DNA of 64,000 nt, taken from positions 2,043,545 through 2,107,544 of the forward strand of contig OY759308.1 of assembly GCA_963662235.1 (NCBI GenBank), written 5' to 3'. Below, one piece after another: positions 24,015 to 34,444 of the stretch. Below the pieces are notes generated by a model. It was not told the DNA's origin and searched no databases. It saw nothing but the letters and a program-made list of their open reading frames with translations. Origin of the DNA: Desulfobacterales bacterium (GTDB lineage Bacteria > Desulfobacterota > Desulfobacteria > Desulfobacterales > G963662235). Both the position numbers and the translations under genes were made by a program. Position 1 is the stretch's first letter. Every line of letters begins with the position of its first letter.

Positions 24015-25376
24015 CTAAGAACTATTTGTTTCATTATACTCTTTAAGCTTGTTTCTAAGGGTTCTAACACTTATCCCAAGCAATTTAGAAGCTTTTGTCC
24101 TATTTCCTACTGTTTTATCGAGAGTGTTTAAAATTGCTTTTTTTTCAATTTCATAAAGAGAACCCACATCATCAAAGTTGGGGACAGATAATATACTCTG
24201 ACTTTCAGCCACTGTATTATCTTCATTATAAAGTAAAAGAGTATCACTCTCTATAGTATCGCCATCCGAGAATAAAATTGCTCTTCTTATAATATTTTCA
24301 AGCTCCCTTACATTCCCTTTAAAAGGATGCGAAGCCAATAAATCTATAGCTTCTTGGGTCAATTTACTGACACTCTTGTTATCAATTTTATTATATTTGT
24401 TTATAAAATATTCACAAAGAGGCTTAATATCGTCTCTTCTATGACGAAGAGGAATAATTTTAATCGGAACGACATTAAGTCTATAAAACAAATCTTCTCT
24501 GAACTCTTTGTTTGCTACACTCTCTTCTATATTTCTATTAGTTGTAGCAACAATTCTAACATCAACTGGAATAGTTTTAAGCCCTCCTATCCTTTCGAGT
24601 TCTCGCTCCTGTATAACACGAAGTATCTTAGCTTGAAGCTTATAGTCCATCTCAGTTATTTCATCTAAAAATATAGTGCCACCATCTGCAAACTCAAATT
24701 TACCAATTTTCTTTGAAGTAGCACCTGTAAACGATCCTTTCTCATGACCAAAAAGTTCACTTTCAAGAAGGTTTTCTGGCAAGACTGCACAATTGACTGC
24801 AACAAAATTGTTATCTTTTCTTTGGCTATTTTGATGTATAAAATTTGCTAAGAGCTCTTTGCCTGTACCACTTTCTCCCTGTATTAAAACAGAAGCATTA
24901 CTGTTAGAGACTTTTTTAACAATATCGAGCATCTTTAACATACTTTTATTTTTTGTTATTATCTCTTTTGAACCTTTTTGTGTTTTTAGTTCAGGCTCCT
25001 TACTATCCCTCTCTCCAAATACTCTTTCTAATGTTAAGCTAAGTTGTTCGGGAACAATGGGCTTTATAAAAAAATCGAGTGCTCCATTACGCATAGCATT
25101 AACAGCATTATCAACGGAAGGTCTTTCGGAAATGAATAAAACTTTTATCTCTTGGTTGTTTAAAAGGATTGTATTTAATAAATCAAAAGGCTCTATATCT
25201 TGAAGTTCAAAACTTACTATAAAAAGAAAAAAAGAGTTTTCTTTGATATATTTTATAGCATCAATACTATCTATTGCTGTAACTACACTAAACCCCCAGC
25301 TCTCTAAAAGATCTGAAATAAACTCTTTAGTTTTTACATCGTTTTCGAGTAAAAGGATTTTATTATTTGATTGCAT
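24015..25376 (-). CDS. Sigma-54-dependent transcriptional activator (NtrC family; candidate flagellar regulator)
   Basis: Receiver-like N-terminus; AAA+ sigma-54 interaction domain (GESGTGKE, ESELFGHEKGSFTGA); Fis-type HTH (NRTKASKLLGISVRTLRNKL). The track start at 25397 is a GTG inside repeat copy F; the first ATG (MQSNNK..) is at 25376. Confidence 0.9.
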   Translation of the reverse strand: MQSNNKILLLENDVKTKEFISDLLESWGFSVVTAIDSIDAIKYIKENSFFLFIVSFELQDIEPFDLLNTILLNNQEIKVLFISERPSVDNAVNAMRNGALDFFIKPIVPEQLSLTLERVFGERDSKEPELKTQKGSKEIITKNKSMLKMLDIVKKVSNSNASVLIQGESGTGKELLANFIHQNSQRKDNNFVAVNCAVLPENLLESELFGHEKGSFTGATSKKIGKFEFADGGTIFLDEITEMDYKLQAKILRVIQERELERIGGLKTIPVDVRIVATTNRNIEESVANKEFREDLFYRLNVVPIKIIPLRHRRDDIKPLCEYFINKYNKIDNKSVSKLTQEAIDLLASHPFKGNVRELENIIRRAILFSDGDTIESDTLLLYNEDNTVAESQSILSVPNFDDVGSLYEIEKKAILNTLDKTVGNRTKASKLLGISVRTLRNKLKEYNETNSS

Positions 25377-25385
25377 AATTTTTTG

Positions 25386-25499
25386 AGACCTTTGCACATA
25401 ATATTTTTTAAGAAAAAATAGTGGTTTTTTTGTAAATATTAACTTTTGACAATTTTACAAAAACCTCTAAAACCCTTATAAAGCTATGTGCAAAGGTCT
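25386..25499 (+). mobile_element. Full copy (F, 114 bp) of the repeat family
   Basis: agacctttgcacataat...ctatgtgcaaaggtct with 15-nt perfect terminal inverted repeats. Internal TTGACA / TTTACA ... TATAAA hexamers. The outer end lies 9 nt from the activator ATG. Confidence 0.9.
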
Positions 25500-25520
25500 T
25501 TTTTATAATTATTCTATTTT

Positions 25521-26375
25521 TTAAATTAAACACCCAACATAACTCACAAAATTATCCGATTTATGCTTGTCATAACTGGTTGAATAAGCAATAACCTCTG
25601 GCTTTTCATTAGTGAAGTTTTTGGCAAGAGATACCATACACGCAAGAGAACCAGAACAACAAGCATTTTTATACTTTTTAGCAATTTTTAAAATAAGTTT
25701 TTCATCTAAATTCAAAATAGCATCAATAATCTTTTTATCATTTTCCTCTTTTACAAACTCTAAAGCCTCTTTGGTGCTTTCTTTAATACAAAATCCATAA
25801 TCTTTCCCATAGTGCGTAAGGTCTGTAGAGGCTACTACACAAAAATTAATATTTTGTTTTTTAATAATACTTAAAAGATAATCGGCAATTTTAAAACAGT
25901 CGTTATTTGGCATTATACCTAATGATAATATTTTTGTATCGGGAAAGAAATATTTAATAAAAGGCAAATTAACTTCTATAGTATTATCAGGAATAAAATT
26001 GCTTTCATCCTCAACAATAAAATTGAACTTACTTAAAAGCTCTTGAGCCAACTCTTCATCTACACTTATATTGCCAAAAGGAGTTTCAAAAGCACCCTTA
26101 TTTGTAATGTATGGGAGAGAATTTTCCTGAAGATGCATCCCCATTATAATAAAAACATCGGGTTTTTTATTAAGACTTAAATTGTGAATAACATTGCAAG
26201 CAATAGAGCCTGAAAAATACCAGCCTGCATGAGGAACGACACCACCAACGATATTACTTCTACTGCATTTTTTATAATCTTTTAAATACTCTTTTATAAG
26301 TTTTTCACACTCATTAGATTTTGCAGGATACCAAGAACCCATAAATAAAGCTTTTCTTAATGACATTTGTTTCAC
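25521..26375 (-). CDS. MEMO1-family protein (AmmeMemoRadiSam system protein B-like)
   Basis: 284 aa; GSWYPA..., GGVVPHAGWYFSG (PHAGxxYSG signature), ASTDLTHYG. Confidence 0.7.
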   Translation of the reverse strand: MKQMSLRKALFMGSWYPAKSNECEKLIKEYLKDYKKCSRSNIVGGVVPHAGWYFSGSIACNVIHNLSLNKKPDVFIIMGMHLQENSLPYITNKGAFETPFGNISVDEELAQELLSKFNFIVEDESNFIPDNTIEVNLPFIKYFFPDTKILSLGIMPNNDCFKIADYLLSIIKKQNINFCVVASTDLTHYGKDYGFCIKESTKEALEFVKEENDKKIIDAILNLDEKLILKIAKKYKNACCSGSLACMVSLAKNFTNEKPEVIAYSTSYDKHKSDNFVSYVGCLI

Positions 26376-26415
26376 AACCCAAATAATGATAATAATTTGT
26401 ATAATATTAAGTTCG

Positions 26416-27189
26416 CTATTTTAAAAGCGTAACTCTATTGTAATCACCAAAAGGAGATTTATCTACAAAAAGAGAACAGTTGTAAACTCTTTCTAATATA
26501 TCTTTTTTAACAATATCTTTTGCCTCACCTATTTTCTCAATTTTACCTTTTTTCATTAAAAGAATTCTATCAGCATACATAGAAGCAAGATTTATATCGT
26601 GCAAAACCATTACGATTGTTATATTTTTTTTTAGACTTTTCATTAAGTTCATAATTTTCATTTTATGGAAAATATCTAATGTATTGGTAGGCTCATCTAA
26701 AAGCATAATTTCAGATTTTTGGCAAAATGCTCTTGCAATAGAAACCCTCTTTTGTTCCCCACTACTAAGCTCTTTAATTTTTTTATCTTTAAGCTTAAAC
26801 ACATCGAAATACTCCATCGAAGCATTAGCAATATTAATATCCTCTTTAGTTTCAAAGCCAAACATTGTATTAATATGAGGAAATCTGCCCAATAAAACGA
26901 ACTCTTCTACGGTGAAGGGTACATCACTAAAAGTTTTATGAGTAACAAAAGAGATTTTTTTTGATAAAAGCTTATTTGTATAATCGTAAGTTTTTTTACC
27001 AGATATAAAAACATTGCCATTTAAAGGTTTGAGTAAATTAGCAATAATTTTTAAAAGTGTAGTTTTACCTGAACCGTTAGGACCTATAATAATAAAAAAC
27101 TCTTTTTCGTTTATAGAAAAAGAGATATCCTCTAAAAACTTTTCTTTCTCATACTTGAAACTTATATTTTTTAACTCAACACTATACAT
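26416..27189 (-). CDS. ABC transporter ATP-binding protein (iron-siderophore/cobalamin FecE/BtuD type)
   Basis: Walker A GPNGSGKTT, signature LSSGEQKRV, Walker B MLLDEPT; adjacent to a FecCD-type permease. Confidence 0.85.
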   Translation of the reverse strand: MYSVELKNISFKYEKEKFLEDISFSINEKEFFIIIGPNGSGKTTLLKIIANLLKPLNGNVFISGKKTYDYTNKLLSKKISFVTHKTFSDVPFTVEEFVLLGRFPHINTMFGFETKEDINIANASMEYFDVFKLKDKKIKELSSGEQKRVSIARAFCQKSEIMLLDEPTNTLDIFHKMKIMNLMKSLKKNITIVMVLHDINLASMYADRILLMKKGKIEKIGEAKDIVKKDILERVYNCSLFVDKSPFGDYNRVTLLK

Positions 27190-27193
27190 TTTC

Positions 27194-28183
27194 TTAAATT
27201 TTATGATGTTTTTTAAGAAGAATTATAAAAACTGGTGCCCCTATCAAAGCAGTTATAACACCTGAAGGCATTTCACTTTCAGTAGGGATAATCCTTACCA
27301 AAGTGTCACAAAAAACCATATAAGAAGCACCCAAAAGAATAGATGCAGGTATAATAACTCTATTATCTGCCCCTAAGATTTTTCTTAAAATATGAGGAAT
27401 TAATAAACCTACAAAACCTAACAAACCACAAATAGCTACAGTATTACTAATCATAAAAGAAGTTATTACTAAAAGTACTATCTTTATTTTTTTAACATTT
27501 ACCCCCATAGTTTGTGCGGTATTTTCTCCTAAAAAAAATAGATTCATATACGAGGCAAAGAAAAAAATTATTATAAAACACGGTAAGTTACAAAAAAAAA
27601 TAGTATAAAAATTTTCGACGGTTAATGTCGATAAATCACCCATAAGCCACAATATAACATGATTTAGGCGGGCATCTTTCACAAAAGATATTATAAAGAG
27701 AATTATTGCCGAACAAAAAGCATTAATCATAACGCCTGTAAGAAGAATTGTTTTACTATCGAATCTGTTAAAAGAGAAGAGTAGAATAAAAAAAAGAGTT
27801 ACCATACCGCCTATAAAAGCCATACTACTAATCCAAGGAAAATAGGCTAAATTTAAAAGAATTCCTATAATTGCACCTACAGCAGAACCTCCTGAAATAC
27901 CGAGAATATAAGGCTCAGAAAGAGGATTTTTAAGAATGGTTTGGAAAACAACTCCACCAAGAGATAGAGAAGCCCCTACAACTGCTGCTGTTAAGATACG
28001 CGGGAGTCTTATTTTGAAAATAATAGTTTTTATAAAAGGAGAAAGGTTATCGCTACTGGAAAAAAGGCTCGTGAAAACATTAACTTGCCCGTTTAAAAGT
28101 GCAAAAAAGAAGACTAAAATGAAAACACAAAAAAGGATAAGGGATACCATCAAAATCTTTTTTATAATTTTCTTATTTTGCAA
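27194..28183 (-). CDS. FecCD/BtuC-family ABC transporter permease
   Basis: 329-aa polytopic protein; RLPRILTAAVVGASLSLGGVVFQTILKNPLSEPYILGISGG is typical of the FecCD family. Confidence 0.85.
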   Translation of the reverse strand: MQNKKIIKKILMVSLILFCVFILVFFFALLNGQVNVFTSLFSSSDNLSPFIKTIIFKIRLPRILTAAVVGASLSLGGVVFQTILKNPLSEPYILGISGGSAVGAIIGILLNLAYFPWISSMAFIGGMVTLFFILLFSFNRFDSKTILLTGVMINAFCSAIILFIISFVKDARLNHVILWLMGDLSTLTVENFYTIFFCNLPCFIIIFFFASYMNLFFLGENTAQTMGVNVKKIKIVLLVITSFMISNTVAICGLLGFVGLLIPHILRKILGADNRVIIPASILLGASYMVFCDTLVRIIPTESEMPSGVITALIGAPVFIILLKKHHKI

Positions 28184-28241
28184 CTTCCTCTATCCAAATT
28201 TTTTGTTTTGTTAAAAGTTAAAAACGAAAAGCAAAAAACCT

Positions 28242-29147
28242 TTAACTCGCATTATTTCGATGTAAATAGTTTTTCCACCTCATATCGACCCATTTTTGGA
28301 AATCTTCGATTTGCGAATCACTTATCTTATCAAAACGCTTTTGAGCTTTAATATATTCAGTTACATCTTTCTTTTTATTTTTTTCTGCCAAAAATTTACT
28401 TCTGCCTGTAAATTGAAACTTACCATCTTCGATTTCAAAAAGTACAGATACACCACAATCAACACTAAGTTTTGCAATCTTAACACTATGATTAATTGGG
28501 AAACCCCATCCGGGAGGGCAAGGAGTTAAAATATGCATAAATTTAGAACCTTTTATCCCTTTTGCTTTAACAAGCTTGTCATAAAGGTCTTTAGGGTAAG
28601 CTGGAGAAGAAGATGCAACATAAGAAACGTTATGTGCTTCTACTATTTTTATTATATCTTTTTGTGGCTCTAATTTTGTAAGAAAAGGAGTTGTTGAAGT
28701 TATTGCACCTAAAGGAGTAGCACTTGAACGCTGTGTGCCTGTATTCATATAACCTTCATTATTGTAGCATATAAAAATAAAATTTGTTTGTCTTTCAAGT
28801 GCACCGCTAAGTGCTTGCATTCCAATATCAAAAGTTCCACCATCTCCTGCAATTGCAACAACATTAGTGTCTTTATCTCTTTTTAAAGCTTTAAGAGCGG
28901 CTACAATCCCTGAAGCAGAAGCAGCACAGCTTGGAAACGTACAGTTAATTAAAGAAGCATCAACAGAAGAAATTGGATATAAACCATAAACAACAGTAAG
29001 ACAGCTTGCAGGTAAAGTGTAAATTACATTTTTCCCAAGAGCTTTAAGTACATATCTGTAGGCAAGTGCAAGAGAACACCCTTGGCATGCTCTATTCCCC
29101 GGTAATAAATATTCTTTTTTTTCTATTTTAAAAAGTTTGTCTGGCAT
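28242..29147 (-). CDS. porB: 2-oxoacid (pyruvate-type):ferredoxin oxidoreductase, beta (TPP-binding) subunit
   Basis: 301 aa; CQGC near the N-terminus; TPP motif GDGGTFDIGMQALSGALER..NNEGYMNTG; last gene of a gamma-delta-alpha-beta cluster. Confidence 0.8.
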   Translation of the reverse strand: MPDKLFKIEKKEYLLPGNRACQGCSLALAYRYVLKALGKNVIYTLPASCLTVVYGLYPISSVDASLINCTFPSCAASASGIVAALKALKRDKDTNVVAIAGDGGTFDIGMQALSGALERQTNFIFICYNNEGYMNTGTQRSSATPLGAITSTTPFLTKLEPQKDIIKIVEAHNVSYVASSSPAYPKDLYDKLVKAKGIKGSKFMHILTPCPPGWGFPINHSVKIAKLSVDCGVSVLFEIEDGKFQFTGRSKFLAEKNKKKDVTEYIKAQKRFDKISDSQIEDFQKWVDMRWKNYLHRNNAS

Positions 29148-29217
29148 ATTTTAACCTTTAATCAAATACAAAAGATTTATAGTTTTTCTAAAAAAAGATA
29201 GAGAATTATAAAACCTA

Positions 29218-30414
29218 TCAACAACCAAACCACTTAGTTTGATTTTTAAAATTTTTCTTCTTCATCTCTAAAAGTGCTTTTTTAACTTCTGAAGCTATAT
29301 CAGAAGGTTTCACGTCACGACCTCCAAGTCCTGCTATATAACTAAATAGAGGCGTTTTAATTCCGCCATCATAAAGAGCAGATTTGACCTCTGATGCCAC
29401 AATACCTTCAAAGCCATAACTTACAGCTTTTTCAAACACTATGATATACTTTTTATTTTTAAGAGCAGAGACTATCTCTTCTTTAGGAAATGGTCTAAAA
29501 CATCTTATACCGAGAACGCCCACCTTAATTTTTTCTTTTCTCAATAAATCGGCTGCCTCTTCTGACTCAGATGCAATAGAACCTATACCAATAATACAAA
29601 CTTCTGCATCCTTTGTATTATATTCCCATATAAGTCCTGCACTCTCTCTTTTAAAAAGCTTATTAAACTCATTGTTTATATTAAGAATAGTATCTTTAGA
29701 TGAGATAAGAGCTTCATTCAGTTTCTGACGAAGTTCCATATATCCATCACGTACGACACCTTTTGAGTCTTCTCGCTTCCAAGGGAAAACGACAGGATTA
29801 ACATTAATAGGCTCTTTTTTTGAAAAGGATAGATAAGGTTTATACGGAGGGAGAAACTTATCTACATCTTTTTCTTTAGGAATATCAACAGGCATCATAG
29901 TATGAGAAAGCAAAAAACCATCATAACAAACCATAACAGGCAAATAAGAAGTTTCCGCTATTTTATACGCTTGAATAACTGTATCAATAATCTCTTGGTT
30001 ATCTTTACAATAAAGTTGTATCCAGCCTGTATCTCTTTGTGAGAGAGAGTCTTGCTGGTCATTAAAGATTGTCCAAGGTGCACCTACTCCCCTGTTTACA
30101 CAACACATAACTATTGGAAGTCTCGAACCTGCTGCCCAATGAACTTGTTCGTGCATATAGAGAAGTCCATGTGAACTTGTCGAAGTAAAACTTCTTGCCC
30201 CAACTGTTGATGCAGAAATACAAACTGTAAGTGCAGAGTGTTCAGATTCGACTCTTACATATTCTGCTTTTAAATCTCCCGCTTCTACATATTGAGATAA
30301 AGTTTCTGTAACTGATGTTTGCGGAGTAATTGGATATGCTGAAATAACTTGCACTTTACAGATTTTAGCTCCAAGTGCTGCTGCACTATTGCCTGTAATT
30401 ATTTTCACACTCAT
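29218..30414 (-). CDS. porA: 2-oxoacid:ferredoxin oxidoreductase, alpha subunit
   Basis: MSVKIITGNSAAALGAKICKVQVISAYPITPQT... The ATG at 30414 overlaps the delta-subunit stop (ATGA). The track start at 30459 is an unlikely extension. Confidence 0.85.
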   Translation of the reverse strand: MSVKIITGNSAAALGAKICKVQVISAYPITPQTSVTETLSQYVEAGDLKAEYVRVESEHSALTVCISASTVGARSFTSTSSHGLLYMHEQVHWAAGSRLPIVMCCVNRGVGAPWTIFNDQQDSLSQRDTGWIQLYCKDNQEIIDTVIQAYKIAETSYLPVMVCYDGFLLSHTMMPVDIPKEKDVDKFLPPYKPYLSFSKKEPINVNPVVFPWKREDSKGVVRDGYMELRQKLNEALISSKDTILNINNEFNKLFKRESAGLIWEYNTKDAEVCIIGIGSIASESEEAADLLRKEKIKVGVLGIRCFRPFPKEEIVSALKNKKYIIVFEKAVSYGFEGIVASEVKSALYDGGIKTPLFSYIAGLGGRDVKPSDIASEVKKALLEMKKKNFKNQTKWFGC

Positions 30415-30701
30415 TTTTCCTTCTCCTCTGTTATCATAGTTATTGCAGAAGAAGGACATTCCTCAGCACAAATTCCACAACCTTTACAATATTCATAATC
30501 TATTTTAACAGGATTTTCAGGCAGAATAACGCCGTCTGGACAATAGAGCCAACACGCATAGCATACACTCTTTTTTTTTATAGCTGCAATACACTTTGTA
30601 TAATCAATTACAGGTCTAAGATCCCGCCAATCTCCTGTTTTACCTGCTTCCCCGATAGCAGGTCTTGAAATTGCACAAATATTATCATCACTTTTTGGCA
30701 T
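30411..30701 (-). CDS. porD: 2-oxoacid:ferredoxin oxidoreductase, delta (2x[4Fe-4S]) subunit
   Basis: 96 aa with two ferredoxin-type Cys clusters (C..C..C...CP and CKGCGICAEECP). Confidence 0.8.
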   Translation of the reverse strand: MPKSDDNICAISRPAIGEAGKTGDWRDLRPVIDYTKCIAAIKKKSVCYACWLYCPDGVILPENPVKIDYEYCKGCGICAEECPSSAITMITEEKEK

Positions 30702-30724
30702 ATTTTATCCTTTTAAAAAATTAA

Positions 30725-31282
30725 TTAAATAATGGTTTTCTCGTAAGCAGATTCTAAAGCCATAAGATTTGTTTTGTATGGTGCATCTTTAAATCTACTT
30801 GCCAATACTTTTTTAAGTGAATTAAGAGATATAACGCCCGACACTTTAGCAAAAGCACCAAGCATAGGAGAGTTAGTTATTAATTTACCATCTTTTACTA
30901 AATTTACATTTTTAGCAATGTTATTAGCATCACAAACAGCAACTTTATAAGCTTTAAGTTCTGCAAAATCTTTTGGGTTTCTGCTACTATTTATAAGTAA
31001 AGTGGTGCCCTTTTTAAAAATTTTCTTAGCATTAAAAACTGTAAGCAAAGAAGTATCTAAAAAGATTGCAAAATCGGGCTCCACAATTTGAGAAACTGTA
31101 CGAATTTTTTTCGAATCAATTCTTGTAGAAGCTGTAAGAGGTGCTCCTCTTCTTTCTGGGCCAAACTGCGGTGCTGATGTAACACCCTTAAAACCTTCAA
31201 CAAAAGATGCTTCCGCAAGAATTTGTGCCGCAATAACTAAGCCCTGACCTCCCCTGCCATACCAGGTTATATTATAAGCCAT
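30725..31282 (-). CDS. porG: 2-oxoacid:ferredoxin oxidoreductase, gamma subunit
   Basis: 185 aa; WYGRGGQGLVIAAQILAEA...ERRGAP is typical of the gamma subunit. Confidence 0.8.
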   Translation of the reverse strand: MAYNITWYGRGGQGLVIAAQILAEASFVEGFKGVTSAPQFGPERRGAPLTASTRIDSKKIRTVSQIVEPDFAIFLDTSLLTVFNAKKIFKKGTTLLINSSRNPKDFAELKAYKVAVCDANNIAKNVNLVKDGKLITNSPMLGAFAKVSGVISLNSLKKVLASRFKDAPYKTNLMALESAYEKTII

Positions 31283-31300
31283 TATACCGCCTTTTTATTG

Positions 31301-31329
31301 AAACTTTTGCACATTATGTACAAAGGTAT
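31301..31329. mobile_element. Minimal (29 bp) form (G) of the repeat family: two termini abutting
   Basis: aaacttttgcacattatgtacaaaggtat is a near-palindrome equal to left terminus plus right terminus with no internal core; 18 nt upstream of the porG ATG. Confidence 0.6.
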
Positions 31330-31504
31330 AGTTTACAAATGAAGAGTAAAAATGAAGTGTAAAGTATAATTAAACACACCATTTAGAAGTTTAACCAATT
31401 TTTTGGCACAATTATATTGTAAAACACAAGTTTTTTATGCAAAAAAAGAAAAACCAAAGCAAAATAAAGCTATAAGTCCTAACTAATTTAAACTGGAGGC
31501 AATA

Positions 31505-32377
31505 TTGAATTTTCAAGACATAATATTAAAACTTAACACCTTTTGGGGTAAAAAAGGCTGTCTTCTTATGCAACCATACGACATAGAAGTCGGAGCAGGT
31601 ACTTTCCATACAGCCACTTTTTTAAAAGCTTTAGGCCCTGAACCTTGGAATGTAGCTTATGTACAACCATCAAGAAGGCCCACTGATGGAAGATATGGCG
31701 AAAATCCAAATAGACTTCAGCACTATTTCCAATATCAAGTAATTTTAAAACCATCTCCTCTTAATGTGCAAGAAGAGTATCTTGAAAGTATGAAACAACT
31801 TGGAATAGATCCTCTTGAACACGATATAAGATTTGTAGAAGACGATTGGGAATCTCCAACACTTGGTGCATCAGGACTCGGCTGGGAAGTCTGGCTTGAT
31901 GGAATGGAAATAACTCAATTTACATATTTTCAAATAACAGGAGGCATAGAGCTTTCACCCATCTCTGTTGAGCTTACATATGGGCTGGAAAGAATTGCTA
32001 TGTATCTCCAAAATAAAGAAAATGTATACGATTTAAAATTTAATGACAAAATCACATATGGAGACATTTATAAAAAGCAAGAGTTTGAACAATCGACATA
32101 CAATTTTGAAATTGCAGATGTGGATATGCTTTTACGCTTGTTTAATATGTATGAAAAAGAGTCTAAAAACATAATAGAAAAAGGGCTCGTCATTCCTGCA
32201 TACGAATATTGTCTTAAATGTTCTCATATTTTTAATCTTCTTGATGCAAGGGGAGCTATAAGTGTAACTGAAAGAACTGGATACATAACAAGAGTAAGAA
32301 ATCTTGCAAGAGCTTGTTCTGTTGCATATTTTAAACAAAGAGAAAAAGAGGGTTTCCCTCTATTAAAAAAAGGTTAA
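31505..32377 (+). CDS. glyQ: Glycine--tRNA ligase alpha subunit
   Basis: [18 protein letters not shown]...[26 protein letters not shown]; TTG start 6 nt after GGAGG. Confidence 0.95.
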   Translation: MNFQDIILKLNTFWGKKGCLLMQPYDIEVGAGTFHTATFLKALGPEPWNVAYVQPSRRPTDGRYGENPNRLQHYFQYQVILKPSPLNVQEEYLESMKQLGIDPLEHDIRFVEDDWESPTLGASGLGWEVWLDGMEITQFTYFQITGGIELSPISVELTYGLERIAMYLQNKENVYDLKFNDKITYGDIYKKQEFEQSTYNFEIADVDMLLRLFNMYEKESKNIIEKGLVIPAYEYCLKCSHIFNLLDARGAISVTERTGYITRVRNLARACSVAYFKQREKEGFPLLKKG

Positions 32378-32379
32378 TT

Positions 32380-34428
32380 ATGAAACAATTTTTACTTGAA
32401 ATAGGATGTGAAGAGATACCAGCAGGTTATATAGAAAATTCTTTAACAGCATTAAAAAACAATTTAATAGATGAACTGAACAAAAACAAAATTTCTTTTT
32501 CCTCTATTAATAGTTATGCCACTCCAAGAAGACTCGCTTTGATAGCTTACGAAATGGCAGAGAGCCAAGAAGCTATAGAAGAAGAGTTCTCAGGACCTCC
32601 TAAAAAAATTGCTTTTGATAAAGATGGCAACCCTACAATTGCTGCAAAAAAGTTTGCTGAAAAAATAGGACTTTCATTAAAAGAGATAAAAATTAAAAAA
32701 ACAGAAAAAGGCGACTATCTGTTTGCTTCAATTAAGAAAAAACCTTTAAAAACAGAGGCTATCTTAACCCAAATTTTACCTCAAATAATACTGAAAACAC
32801 CTTTTCCAAAATCTATGAGATGGGGGAAAGATACCATAAGTTTTGCAAGACCTATCCAAACTGTTACATCCCTTTTAGACAAAAAAGTGTTAAAATTTAA
32901 AGTGGGACTTTTAGAGAGCAGTAATTTTGTCTTAGGGCACAGATTTATGGCAAATAAAAAAATAGTTATAACCTCTCCTAAAGAGTATATAAGCAAATTA
33001 AAAAAAGCTTTTGTAATTGCAGATATTCAAGAGAGAAAAGCTTTGGTAAAAAAAGAAATTTTAAACTGCACAAAAAAAATAGATGGCAATCTCTTAGAAG
33101 ACGAAAGCCTTTTAGATATTGTAACAAATCTTGTAGAGTATCCTTTTGCAATACTTGGCAACTTTGAAAAAAAATTCTTAAGCGTTCCTTCCGAAATTCC
33201 TATAACTGCAATGAGAGAACATCAAAAATATTTCAGTATAGTAAACAAACAAAATAAGCTTATGCCATACTTTGTTGCGATAAATAATAGTAAGGCAAAA
33301 GATATGGATTTAGTCAAAAAAGGACACGAAAGAGTTTTAAGGGCAAGACTTTCTGACGTAAAATTCTTTTACGAAACAGATAAAAAAAGCTCTCTTAATA
33401 CATTTAGAAACAAACTAAAAAAAGTTTTGTTTCAAGCACAGCTTGGAACAGTATACGATAAATCTTTAAGAATTGAAAAGCTTGCAAGTTTTATTCTGCT
33501 CAAAAACAATTTAAAAAAATATGAAAAAGATATTCAAAGGGCTGCTAAATTTTGTAAATGCGACCTTGTAAGTCAGGTAGTGATTGAATTTCCTAAGTTG
33601 CAAGGAGTTATAGGCGGAGCTTATGCAAACCTCGCTAAAGAAAAAAGAAACGTTTATGAAGCAATAAAAGAGCACTACCTTCCTATACATTCAGGCGGAG
33701 CTTTACCAGAAACAAAACTTGGAGCAATTTTAAGTATTGCAGACAAGATTGACACAATATGTGGCTGTTTTTCAATAAACCTTATCCCTACAGGCAATGA
33801 AGACCCTTATGCATTAAGAAGAAATGGAATAGGCATAATTCAAATTATAGAAAAACATAAACTTAATTTTTCTATTCAAGATGCAATCAAAAAAAGCTTA
33901 TCTCTTTACAGTAAAAAAGATTTTAATGAAATTGCAGATAAAGTTTACGATTTTCTTAAAAAAAGAATGCTTAACCTATTTGTTGAAGCAGGTTTTGAAA
34001 AAGATATCGTATCTTCTGCAATCAAAACAAACGATGATAATATTTTATCTTTAAAAAGAAAGATAGAAGCCTTTACATCTTTAAAAAAATTAAAGGGATT
34101 TGATGAGCTTCTATCTACATTTAAAAGGGTTTCAAATGTAGTCAAAAATCAAAAAATTAAGGCTGGCAAGATAAATGAAAAACTTTTCAACCAAAACGAA
34201 GAGAAACAACTTTTCAAAGAGTTCAAAAAGATAGAGAAAGAGGCCTTAAAATATACAAAAAAACAAGATTACGAAAAAGCCCTACGCGAAATAGCAAAGC
34301 TTAAACCCTTTGTAGATATTTTTTTTGATAATGTAATGGTTATGGCAGAAGACGAAAAAATTAAAACAAACAGAATAACTCTTTTAAAAAATATTATTGA
34401 ACTGTTTGAAACATTTGCAAAGTGGTAA
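32380..34428 (+). CDS. glyS: Glycine--tRNA ligase beta subunit
   Basis: 682 aa; MKQFLLEIGCEEIPAGY..ATPRRLA..; starts 2 nt after the glyQ stop. Confidence 0.95.
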   Translation: MKQFLLEIGCEEIPAGYIENSLTALKNNLIDELNKNKISFSSINSYATPRRLALIAYEMAESQEAIEEEFSGPPKKIAFDKDGNPTIAAKKFAEKIGLSLKEIKIKKTEKGDYLFASIKKKPLKTEAILTQILPQIILKTPFPKSMRWGKDTISFARPIQTVTSLLDKKVLKFKVGLLESSNFVLGHRFMANKKIVITSPKEYISKLKKAFVIADIQERKALVKKEILNCTKKIDGNLLEDESLLDIVTNLVEYPFAILGNFEKKFLSVPSEIPITAMREHQKYFSIVNKQNKLMPYFVAINNSKAKDMDLVKKGHERVLRARLSDVKFFYETDKKSSLNTFRNKLKKVLFQAQLGTVYDKSLRIEKLASFILLKNNLKKYEKDIQRAAKFCKCDLVSQVVIEFPKLQGVIGGAYANLAKEKRNVYEAIKEHYLPIHSGGALPETKLGAILSIADKIDTICGCFSINLIPTGNEDPYALRRNGIGIIQIIEKHKLNFSIQDAIKKSLSLYSKKDFNEIADKVYDFLKKRMLNLFVEAGFEKDIVSSAIKTNDDNILSLKRKIEAFTSLKKLKGFDELLSTFKRVSNVVKNQKIKAGKINEKLFNQNEEKQLFKEFKKIEKEALKYTKKQDYEKALREIAKLKPFVDIFFDNVMVMAEDEKIKTNRITLLKNIIELFETFAKW

Positions 34429-34444
34429 ATTTTTTTAGTCGCCG

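Noticed and set aside
25377-25397. N-terminal extensions implied by track start codons (25397 GTG, 30459, 42727, 50728 TTG, 22394 TTG, 16694)
   Set aside because: The extensions run into repeat elements or the upstream gene and lack homology to the family N-termini. Internal ATGs give canonical N-termini and operon-style junctions.
31393-31412. TTGGCACAATTATATTGT upstream of glyQ as a sigma-54 promoter
   Set aside because: The spacing and the -12 element (ATTGT) are off-consensus, and a housekeeping tRNA ligase is an unlikely sigma-54 target.
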